Below, one piece after another: positions 49,894 to 60,807 of a stretch of 64,000 nt of DNA. Source of the DNA: an uncultured Desulfobacter sp. (GTDB lineage Bacteria > Desulfobacterota > Desulfobacteria > Desulfobacterales > Desulfobacteraceae). The translations under genes were made by a program, and so were the position numbers. The number at the start of each line of letters is the position of its first letter. The first letter of the stretch is position 1. Under the pieces are notes generated by a model, which saw only the letters and a list, made by a program, of their open reading frames with translations, did not search any database and was not told the origin of the DNA. The DNA is taken from assembly GCA_963665095.1 (NCBI GenBank), contig OY762069.1, positions 800,001-864,000 on the forward strand, read 5' to 3'.

Positions 49894-50754
49894 ATGGTCG
49901 ATTTTCAAACGGATGCCATACTGCTTCGAAAAGTCGAATATGGGGACCATGACCTGATCATCACCTTTCTGACCCGGGACAAAGGAAAGATCAGTGTGAT
50001 GGCCAAAAACGCCAAAAAAAGCGTGCGCAGGTTTTCCGGCGCCATGGATCTGTTCTCCGCAAATTTTATTCAATGCGCCTTTCCCAGGAAGAACCGGGAC
50101 GGGATGATTAATCTGTGTGCAACTGAGATTGCAAACGGTTTTTCGCATATCCGGTATGACGTGGTTAAAACCGCCTATGCATCTTACTGGACTGAGATTG
50201 TCAGCATGTGGCTTGAAGAGGGAAAAGCACAGCCCGATATTTTTGAGCTGCTGTACACCGCCTTTGACATGCTGGACACAGGTGGAATTCAGACTGAGGT
50301 GATCAGCCTGCTTTTTCAGATCCGCTTCATGCGTCTGTCTGGATTTTCCCCGGGCCTTGAGGTGTGTGACAGCTGCGGCACCCGGTTGGAACAGATTGAT
50401 TCCGGCCGGATCTGGTTTGATTTCAAAGAGGGGCGTGTGGCCTGTCCAAACTGCTTAAATGTCCGGAGCGGGCATGGCGAAAATGACCAGACCGGGAACC
50501 TGCCGGAAGAGGTGGCGGAGCCGCTGCAGCCATATTGGCCAGCGTGCCGGACTAATGGCTGCTGGGTATCCAAGGGCACCTTAAAACAGTTAACCTGGAT
50601 AAATGCCGTTGACATGGACCGGGCAGACCGTATCAGGTTTTCACCCGCTGCCATCAGGGAGGGGGAAACCCTGCTTGAATCCTTTATCCCGTTTCACATC
50701 GGACGCAATTTTAAGAGCTTGAAATTTTTAAAACAGATGAGATCAGACCAATGA
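49894..50754 (+). CDS. recO: DNA repair protein RecO
   Basis: DAILLRKVEYGDHDLIITFLTRDKGKI, AKKSVRRF, CDSC...CPNC zinc finger. Confidence 0.92.
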   Translation: MVDFQTDAILLRKVEYGDHDLIITFLTRDKGKISVMAKNAKKSVRRFSGAMDLFSANFIQCAFPRKNRDGMINLCATEIANGFSHIRYDVVKTAYASYWTEIVSMWLEEGKAQPDIFELLYTAFDMLDTGGIQTEVISLLFQIRFMRLSGFSPGLEVCDSCGTRLEQIDSGRIWFDFKEGRVACPNCLNVRSGHGENDQTGNLPEEVAEPLQPYWPACRTNGCWVSKGTLKQLTWINAVDMDRADRIRFSPAAIREGETLLESFIPFHIGRNFKSLKFLKQMRSDQ

Positions 50755-51794
50755 ACCTGGCTCCCATACTTGAAAATAAACCCATTCACACCTCTGTGCC
50801 CTGCAGGATTGATTTCGGCGGGACCCTGGATATCTCCACTTTTTACCTGGCCCTGGCAAGGCTGAAACCTGCCACCTTGAATATTGCGCTGGACATGCGA
50901 ACCCATGTCTATCTGTCCCCCTGGAAAGAAGGACGGATCAAAATTTCTTCAAAGGGGTTTGACACCCTTGAGCGCAGCGGGGATGAAAAGGGGTGGGATA
51001 CTCCCTTAGGGTTCATGGCGGCTGTTTTACAGTATTTTGATGTACATGGACTGCATCTGCACATTGAGTCCCACTCTCCACCAAGAAGTGCTCTGGGCGG
51101 GTCTTCTTCTGCTGCGGTGGCTGTAATTGCCGCCATTTGCACCGCCCTTGAAAAGCCGGTTGAGCCCGGGCACATTGCCTGGCTGGCCCACTATCTTGAA
51201 GGGGCTGTGGCAGGGGTGCTTTGCGGGGTCCAGGACCAGACCGCCGCAGCCTTTGGCGGGGTACATCTGTGGGAATGGATTTTTGAGGATAAGAATCCGG
51301 GGTTCCTTCGTTCCCAGGTGTTTGAGGACCCCAAACAACTGGCAGATTTAAATTCCCACCTGCTTGTGGCCTATTGCGGCATTCCCCATGAATCACAGGA
51401 TATTAACTCCAGGTGGGTGAATCATTTTAAATCAGGTAAGGTGGTGGGTGAATTTGAACAGATCGCCACCATTACCAGGCAGTTTTCAACCGCACTGACG
51501 CATTCTGACTATGCCATGGCAGCAGAGCTGATGAACCAGGAGACTGCCATCCGGTGTGAAATGACACCGGATGTGCTGGACAATACCGGGTATATGCTGT
51601 GGACCACGGCAAAGGCGCTGAACTGCGGTGCCCGGTTCACCGGAGCCGGCGGTGGCGGATGTTTGTGGGCCATAGGGGAAACCGGGCCGATCAGTGCGTT
51701 GAAAGATCAGTGGCAATCCATTCTTGGTGCGGTTGTTGGGGGCAGGGTTCTGGATACCGCTGTTGATCCGTCAGGTATTGTCATTCATGAGTAA
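50751..51794 (+). CDS. GHMP-family sugar kinase
   Basis: PCRIDFGG, SPPRSALGGSSS, GVQDQ, ARFTGAGGGG. Confidence 0.88.
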   Translation: MNLAPILENKPIHTSVPCRIDFGGTLDISTFYLALARLKPATLNIALDMRTHVYLSPWKEGRIKISSKGFDTLERSGDEKGWDTPLGFMAAVLQYFDVHGLHLHIESHSPPRSALGGSSSAAVAVIAAICTALEKPVEPGHIAWLAHYLEGAVAGVLCGVQDQTAAAFGGVHLWEWIFEDKNPGFLRSQVFEDPKQLADLNSHLLVAYCGIPHESQDINSRWVNHFKSGKVVGEFEQIATITRQFSTALTHSDYAMAAELMNQETAIRCEMTPDVLDNTGYMLWTTAKALNCGARFTGAGGGGCLWAIGETGPISALKDQWQSILGAVVGGRVLDTAVDPSGIVIHE

Positions 51795-52084
51795 ATGGAC
51801 ATCTAAATTCCTGGTGCCGGCATGGTTTAATTCTAAAATTTAATAAATGATGAAATATAATAACTGATAAAAAGGAGGCAGTATGGCAGGATATGATCCG
51901 GAAATGGATAAAAAAATCGCTGAGTGGAAGAATGAGGAAACAGGGTTGATTATCTCCATCCAGCAGTATGGTGACGGAGAGCCCAAGCTCCAGGTGGGTC
52001 CCCGGATTCTTAAGAAGAAAGACGGGTCAGACCGTGCGCCCATGAAGGCAGGGCGGCTTTCTGTGGAAGACGTCATGTGGCTGT

Positions 52085-54930
<2,846 letters not shown>

Positions 54931-55030
54931 AAAACCAGGGAAAACAAAGCAAATCGTCCCAGTTTTTAGAAAACAGTGTTATGCCATGATGGGTATCCTC
55001 CTGAACCAGATACTCCTGAAAGGCCTTTTT

Positions 55031-55100
55031 TCCGGGTAGAAGCACAGTTACCCCGCGCTCCCACATCCCATACATGAGGCGTTACCTTATACCGCTCCTT
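55031..55100 (-). mobile_element. Probable degenerate group II intron domain V/VI relic
   Basis: Minus strand reads GAGCGGTATAAGGTAACGCCTCATGTATGGGATGTGGGAGCGCGGGGTAACTGTGCTTCTACCCGGA: AGC triad-like D5 hairpin followed by a D6-like stem with bulged A. Confidence 0.55.
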
Positions 55101-55418
55101 TCGTACCATCGGCATGTGATTCGCCTATTAATTCTGATTATCAATTTAGCATTTTTTCGTTGATGTTCTTAGCCCGGCAACAGGTCTGTTGTCCAGGGTC
55201 TCAGTGGGATAAGGCAGCATATCGCTCCATCTTTGTCTAAACACTAATCAAATCCTAAATTTGTTCAAATAATTCCAACAACCAAGTTTGATACTTTGCT
55301 AGAACTGAACAGCAAGTGAAAGGCCTTAAAAGATTTTTAGGGCAGTGGGTAAAGCATTGCGATCGTCTTGGATAGAGGCGCCGCAGCCATTTGAAATTAT
55401 TTTACTGGAGAAGAAGAA

Positions 55419-56918
55419 ATGAAATGTATTAGATTTAAAGTCTGTCTTGCGTTACTGATGCTGGTAATTTTTGCAGGCACCACCTGGGCTTCGGCACCTA
55501 AGTATGTATTTTATTTTATCGGGGATGGCATGGCAAGTCCCCAGATTCATGCCACTGAGGCATATCTGGCATCCCTTAGCGAGGCAGATGAGGTTGAAGG
55601 CGGCGTAAAAGAAGTCAGATTGAACATAACTCAGCTGCCGGTTCTGGGCATGCAGACAACCTATGCCAGTGATCGGTTTATCACGGATTCAGCCGCAGCC
55701 GGCACAGCCCTTGCCTGTGGGAAAAAAACAAACTGCGGGGTTATCGCCATGGATGCCACCGGGAGCATCAGCTATAAATCCATTGCCGAAGCAGCCAAGG
55801 AAATAGGTATGAAAGTCGGCATTATCTCAAGCGTTTCCATTGACCATGCCACGCCCGCTGTTTTTTATGCCCATCAGGCAAGCCGGAACAATTACCTCAT
55901 GATCGGCGCTGAACTCGTGCAAAGCGATTTTGATTATTTTGCCGGAGGCGGGTTTCGCGTGAACAAATGGAACGACGACACCTACGGACCATTGTCAGAC
56001 GATGAGAGCTGGGAAGAGCTTGAAAAAGTGGCGGTTGAAGATTTTGGATTCACTTTTACCAATACCCGCACCGAATTTGATGCGCTGACCAGTGATTCCG
56101 GCCGGGTGATTGCTGTAAACCCTTACCTGGACAGCTCCAATGCCATTCCATACGCCATCAACCGACTGAATAACCCATCTTATGATGGCTCAATTACTCT
56201 TGCTGAGTTTACCCAGAAAGGCATCGACCTGATGGCGGACAACAGTGCAGGGTTCTTTATGATGGTTGAAGGCGGAAAAATTGACTGGGCCTGCCATGCC
56301 AATGACGCCATGGCCACCATTCAGGATACCATTGCCTTTGATGATGCCGTAAAAGTTGCCATTGATTTTGCAGAACAATATCCTGATGAAACTTTGATTG
56401 TTATTACTGGTGATCATGAGTGCGGCGGCATGACTTTAGGGTATGTGGCCACAGCCTATGATTCCTATTATGAAAAACTGGCTAACCAGACCATGGCCTA
56501 TGATGATTTTGACAGTTTGGTTGATGACCACATCGCAGCATATGGGGACACTATTCCTGCAGATATAGATGATGGCCTCTGGACCATGATGGAAACCTAT
56601 TTTGGCCTGCACAAAAGTGATCTGTCGGATTACGAAATCGGATTGCTGGAAGACGCATTTGACAAGGAGGTGAACGGCACCAGTGAACACACCTCTGATG
56701 AAGATTATGTGATATATGGTGGTTACAGCCCCATCAGTGTTACCGTTACCCATGTGCTCAATCGTCAGTCCGGATTGTCCTTTTCATCCAGTTCACATAC
56801 AGCCGTACCCGTGCCTGTTTACGCGTCAGGAACCGGGTCAACCACATTTTCCGGATATTATGACAATACGGATATTGCAAAAAAACTGGCTGAGGTTATG
56901 GGTGTGACATTGGACTAA
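55419..56918 (+). CDS. phoA: Alkaline phosphatase
   Basis: Signal peptide; FIGDGM, TDSAAAGTA (catalytic Ser), HATPA, EGGKIDWACHAND, TGDHE, HTAVPVP. Confidence 0.95.
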   Translation: MKCIRFKVCLALLMLVIFAGTTWASAPKYVFYFIGDGMASPQIHATEAYLASLSEADEVEGGVKEVRLNITQLPVLGMQTTYASDRFITDSAAAGTALACGKKTNCGVIAMDATGSISYKSIAEAAKEIGMKVGIISSVSIDHATPAVFYAHQASRNNYLMIGAELVQSDFDYFAGGGFRVNKWNDDTYGPLSDDESWEELEKVAVEDFGFTFTNTRTEFDALTSDSGRVIAVNPYLDSSNAIPYAINRLNNPSYDGSITLAEFTQKGIDLMADNSAGFFMMVEGGKIDWACHANDAMATIQDTIAFDDAVKVAIDFAEQYPDETLIVITGDHECGGMTLGYVATAYDSYYEKLANQTMAYDDFDSLVDDHIAAYGDTIPADIDDGLWTMMETYFGLHKSDLSDYEIGLLEDAFDKEVNGTSEHTSDEDYVIYGGYSPISVTVTHVLNRQSGLSFSSSSHTAVPVPVYASGTGSTTFSGYYDNTDIAKKLAEVMGVTLD

Positions 56919-56957
56919 TGATTCAAGCGAACCATTTATAAATAAGTTACCATATTT

Positions 56958-57006
56958 TTACAGAACGCAGGCAAAGACAGGCTTGTCTTTTGCCTGCGTT
57001 CTGTAA
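56958..57006 (+). terminator. Strong hairpin between phoA and yibE/F (terminator or mRNA stabiliser)
   Basis: TTACAGAACGCAGGCAAAGACA-loop-TGTCTTTTGCCTGCGTTCTGTAA, ~22-bp near-perfect stem. Confidence 0.7.
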
Positions 57007-57035
57007 TTTGCTCTGTCAAGATTGTTTAAAAACCA

Positions 57036-58151
57036 ATGATAAAAAATTACATAACACAAATTATTTTTACCCTTCTTTGCATAATTCTCTGGCTCGTTCC
57101 CACGGGATTTGAGCACAGTGCTTCAAAAAAGACATACCTCCATAAAGCCCAGGTTCAGTCAGTGGACAACCTGGATTTAAGACAGCACCAGGTGATCCGT
57201 ACCGGCACCCAGGACCTGAAGGTTATACTGACGCAGGGCCCCTACAAGGGAAGGGTCGTCAGAGTTGTGAATCCATTATTCGGAAAGCTTGAGGTGGATG
57301 AAATATACCAAAAAGGGGATCTGCTTCTTGTGGAATACCAGGTCCATAAGGAAAAGATAAAGATGGCCTATGCCCGGGGACATTACCGTCTCTCCCATGA
57401 GTTGCTGCTGGTAATTCTTTTTTTGATATTTTTAGTCGCCGTAGCCGGGACCACCGGTTTGAAAGCCATCCTGTCTTTAATCTTTGCCGCCCTGACTCTT
57501 TGGAAAGTGCTGATTCCCTGTTTCCTTAAAAATATGGATCCCATTCTTGTAGCCCTTGGCGTGGTTGCGGCCCTAAGTGCTTCGGTGAGCTTTCTGGTGG
57601 GCGGATTGACCCGAAAGGGCCTGACCGCTTTTTTAGGGTCCTTTGCCGGCCTGTTGCTTGCCTGTGTGCTGGCAAAACTATTTTCCGGCGGGTTCTGCCT
57701 CAACGGGGCTGTCAGGCCATATGCGGAAAATTTGCTCTATTCCGGATATGCTGATCTGAATCTCATGGATATATTTTTGGCTGGAATTTTTATTGCCTGC
57801 TCCGGTGCTGTGATGGATATTGCCATGGACATTGCGGCATCCATTGGGGAAGTTAAAAAAAAGAAGCCCGATATTGGGCTTATGGAACTTTTTCGGTCAG
57901 GTATGGCTGTGGGGCGGGCGGTTATCGGGACCATGACCACAACGCTTCTGCTTGCCTATTCCGGAGGCTATACGGCCATGATCATGAATTTCATGAGTAT
58001 GGGGTTTAAAATCCGGCAGATACTGAATATGAATCACGTAGCCGCAGAAATCCTGAATATTTTTGTGGGAAGCTTCGGGCTCGTTGCTGTAGCGCCTTTT
58101 ACCGCCATTATTGGCGCCGTGCTTTACAGCTACAAAAGTGATGCGTCCTGA
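57036..58151 (+). CDS. YibE/F family membrane protein
   Basis: Multiple TMs; GAVMDIAMDIAASI, G..VGRAVIGTMTTTLLLAYSGG. Confidence 0.9.
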   Translation: MIKNYITQIIFTLLCIILWLVPTGFEHSASKKTYLHKAQVQSVDNLDLRQHQVIRTGTQDLKVILTQGPYKGRVVRVVNPLFGKLEVDEIYQKGDLLLVEYQVHKEKIKMAYARGHYRLSHELLLVILFLIFLVAVAGTTGLKAILSLIFAALTLWKVLIPCFLKNMDPILVALGVVAALSASVSFLVGGLTRKGLTAFLGSFAGLLLACVLAKLFSGGFCLNGAVRPYAENLLYSGYADLNLMDIFLAGIFIACSGAVMDIAMDIAASIGEVKKKKPDIGLMELFRSGMAVGRAVIGTMTTTLLLAYSGGYTAMIMNFMSMGFKIRQILNMNHVAAEILNIFVGSFGLVAVAPFTAIIGAVLYSYKSDAS

Positions 58152-58159
58152 TATGAAAG

Positions 58160-58213
58160 AAACAGGGATGGACATTGTCTTATCTCAAAATCGACATATC
58201 TGCATCCCTGTTT
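58160..58213. terminator. Possible bidirectional terminator between convergent genes
   Basis: AAACAGGGATG...CATCCCTGTTT 11-bp inverted repeat with a large, partly paired loop. Confidence 0.45.
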
Positions 58214-58229
58214 GATTCAAATTCAGGCC

Positions 58230-60272
58230 TTAATTTGAATACAGGCCCATCAATTGTCCCCAGGTAAGGATGTGGCCGCTCATTGCCGCTTCCACCTCTG
58301 CTTTGGTGGCCCCGGCGGTTAAGTTCAGAGTTGTATCAAGAGCGTAAAATTTAAAATAATACCGATGGGTGGTGCCGGAAGGCGGGCAGGGTCCGCCGTA
58401 TGCATTATCTCCAAAATCATTTACCCCGTGGATCGCACCGTTTTCCAGATTATCGGTGGCAGGTATACCAGCGCTTAAAGACCGGGTGGCTGCCGGCAGA
58501 TTAAAAAGCACCCAGTGGACAAAGGTGCCATAGGGGGCATCTGGGTCATCACAGATCAGGACAAGGCTTTCAGTGTCATCAGGAACGCCGGATATGGAAA
58601 GATCAGGAGATATATCCGATCCATTGCAGGCATAATCATCCGGAATGGATTCCCCCTCACTGAATGCCGTGCTGGTAACCGCCATGGCCGAGGTAACCGG
58701 TACAGACATCCCGGTAATGGGAAGGGCTGCAGGCTCATTTGACGGATCTGTGACTGCACGGGCGACCACCACGTAATTTCCTTCGGAGGGAAAGGTGTAT
58801 TCACAGGTGTTGCTGGTGGAATAAGGCTGGACAAGGGTCCAGTCTGTTCCATAAGAGGCGGTTCCATATCCCGGACAATAATAGAACGCATAATACAAAT
58901 CTGCACTGCTGCCGGCAGAGGCGGATACTGTAAAGGTTGTCGGTATATTGGCTGCTGTGGTTGCTGTCTGACTTTTTTCAAGGGCGATTAAATTAACACC
59001 ATCTTCTGAACCAACTGAAACCGCCTGCCCTATTAAAGGAAGCGCATCTGGCTCATTGGCGGTATCAGTAACCCCTCTGACAACAATGATGTAATCTCCT
59101 GCCAACGGGAAGGTATAGTCACAGGTGTTGGATGTGGAGTACGGCTGGACAACCGTCCATGGTGTTGTTTCATAGTTATCCGTACCATAGTTGGCACAGT
59201 AAAAAAATTTATAATATACGGTTTCCCCGGTGTCGCTCTGTGCATCAACTGTAACGGTTACGGGTGTTCCTGCCTGGGGTTGGGATGAGGAAAGAACCAG
59301 ACTGGAAAAACTGACGCTGGCGGAAGAGGTTGTCCCGGATCCCACTGACTCCTGCCAGGTATTATAAAAATAATTGAGAAGATCCACAAACTCTTCCGTG
59401 GCCTTCCGGTGGCCCGCTGAACTGGGATGGCTGTCCCATTCATCCGCAGGGTATGCACTGAAATTATACTCAGTTCCGGTGACATGTTCCTCGCTGTTAT
59501 TATTCCACCGATGATGATTGTTGGTACCTGTCAGAATATTATAGTAATCAAATACCGCCACATTACTGTATGGGTAATCATCCAGCCAGTCGTTCACCAG
59601 CCAGTTGTTGAAGGCCCTGGCATTGGCTGCCCGCTGGGCCGGCGTCTGCTCATCCTCGGAATACTCGTTTTCATTCTGGGGCGGTGCTGTGATAACTATG
59701 AACAGCTTGTCCGTCCGGGTGCGAAAATAGGTTAGAAGATTGTTGTACACGGCTTTGGCATTGCTAACCGTATACTGATCGTTCGGGGTTGACCCTGCCG
59801 CATCATCAGGATTTCCAAAAAGATCCGAATTGGGAAAACAGGATTTGAACAGGATGATCTCATTTTCACCCCCCGGGTCTGAGGCCAGTCTGGACCACTC
59901 CCCATAGCCCTCAATATTCTGACCGGTTTCATCGTAGAGTGCTGAAAGAACCGTGCTGCTTTGAGATCCGGTAAACCAGCCTGGCCAGTTGGGAATATCC
60001 GTGCTGTCCCCGATACTGTCAGGCCCCCAGCCGTAATTGGTGGCACTGACATAATAGTTGTTGTTCATCAACGCCGCTCCCAGCCCGCCGCTGGGCTGGT
60101 CGGAATTTTCATCTGCCAGCCAGTTTCCCCCGGTGGAATGGTGGATGAAAATCAGTTTAACTGTCTCAGACGGAGGCGAATTATCCGCTGCCGCTATCAA
60201 AATGGAGGTCTGTAACAACAATGCCATGGTTGTCATCACACAAAATTTTGCTGTTTTGTAAATCAGGTTCAT
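58230..60272 (-). CDS. Secreted multidomain protein: SGNH-like N-domain, two Tyr-rich Ig-like repeats, C-terminal YbhB/YbcL (PEBP) domain
   Basis: Signal peptide; IFIHHSTG, FKSCFPN, DSHP; two YxF.YC..YGT..Y..WT.VQPYSTSNTC.YTFP repeats; DDPDAP, FVHWVLFN, YGGPCPP, HRYYF. Confidence 0.85.
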   Translation of the reverse strand: MNLIYKTAKFCVMTTMALLLQTSILIAAADNSPPSETVKLIFIHHSTGGNWLADENSDQPSGGLGAALMNNNYYVSATNYGWGPDSIGDSTDIPNWPGWFTGSQSSTVLSALYDETGQNIEGYGEWSRLASDPGGENEIILFKSCFPNSDLFGNPDDAAGSTPNDQYTVSNAKAVYNNLLTYFRTRTDKLFIVITAPPQNENEYSEDEQTPAQRAANARAFNNWLVNDWLDDYPYSNVAVFDYYNILTGTNNHHRWNNNSEEHVTGTEYNFSAYPADEWDSHPSSAGHRKATEEFVDLLNYFYNTWQESVGSGTTSSASVSFSSLVLSSSQPQAGTPVTVTVDAQSDTGETVYYKFFYCANYGTDNYETTPWTVVQPYSTSNTCDYTFPLAGDYIIVVRGVTDTANEPDALPLIGQAVSVGSEDGVNLIALEKSQTATTAANIPTTFTVSASAGSSADLYYAFYYCPGYGTASYGTDWTLVQPYSTSNTCEYTFPSEGNYVVVARAVTDPSNEPAALPITGMSVPVTSAMAVTSTAFSEGESIPDDYACNGSDISPDLSISGVPDDTESLVLICDDPDAPYGTFVHWVLFNLPAATRSLSAGIPATDNLENGAIHGVNDFGDNAYGGPCPPSGTTHRYYFKFYALDTTLNLTAGATKAEVEAAMSGHILTWGQLMGLYSN

Positions 60273-60807
60273 GGTTTCTCTCCTTGTTTCTTTTGGTGTT
60301 ATGGATTGAAATAACTTTTGTTAAGTTTATCTTCCGGGGAAATTTAAAGCGGAACAAGCCCCCCTGATCATCAACCTCAACGACAACAAAACGCTGACCT
60401 GGATAACGAGCTGAAATGAACGGCTAAATCAGGGACGACACTGTGTTCAACAATCATCGCAACGCATATGAACCCCGTGCTTTGTTCCACATAACCTTTT
60501 ATTTTTTTAAGAAATCTCTTTTGTAACAACTATGATTCAACCATTAGCACATTGTGTTTATTATGCCAACAAACATACTGCCGTATTGAAAATTTCGCCC
60601 GGTATTAGCATAATAGATTTAAAATATCCCCTCCAGGGAAGATTAAACGGATTCAAAATAGAGCCATATTTGTAAGTGTCTTTTTTTTTGACCAGCACTT
60701 TAATTTACGCTAAGTATATCCTGATGCCTGTCTGTTATAATTTTGCAATTTGGTTGATATCCAGTACCCTCGGCGATTCCTTTGGAGGGGAAAGGAAACG
60801 TTTTCGA

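Noticed and set aside
55230..55285. Pho-box-like 11-bp periodic CTAA repeats before phoA
   Set aside because: Only two clear units at 11-bp spacing, in AT-rich DNA; too weak to call.
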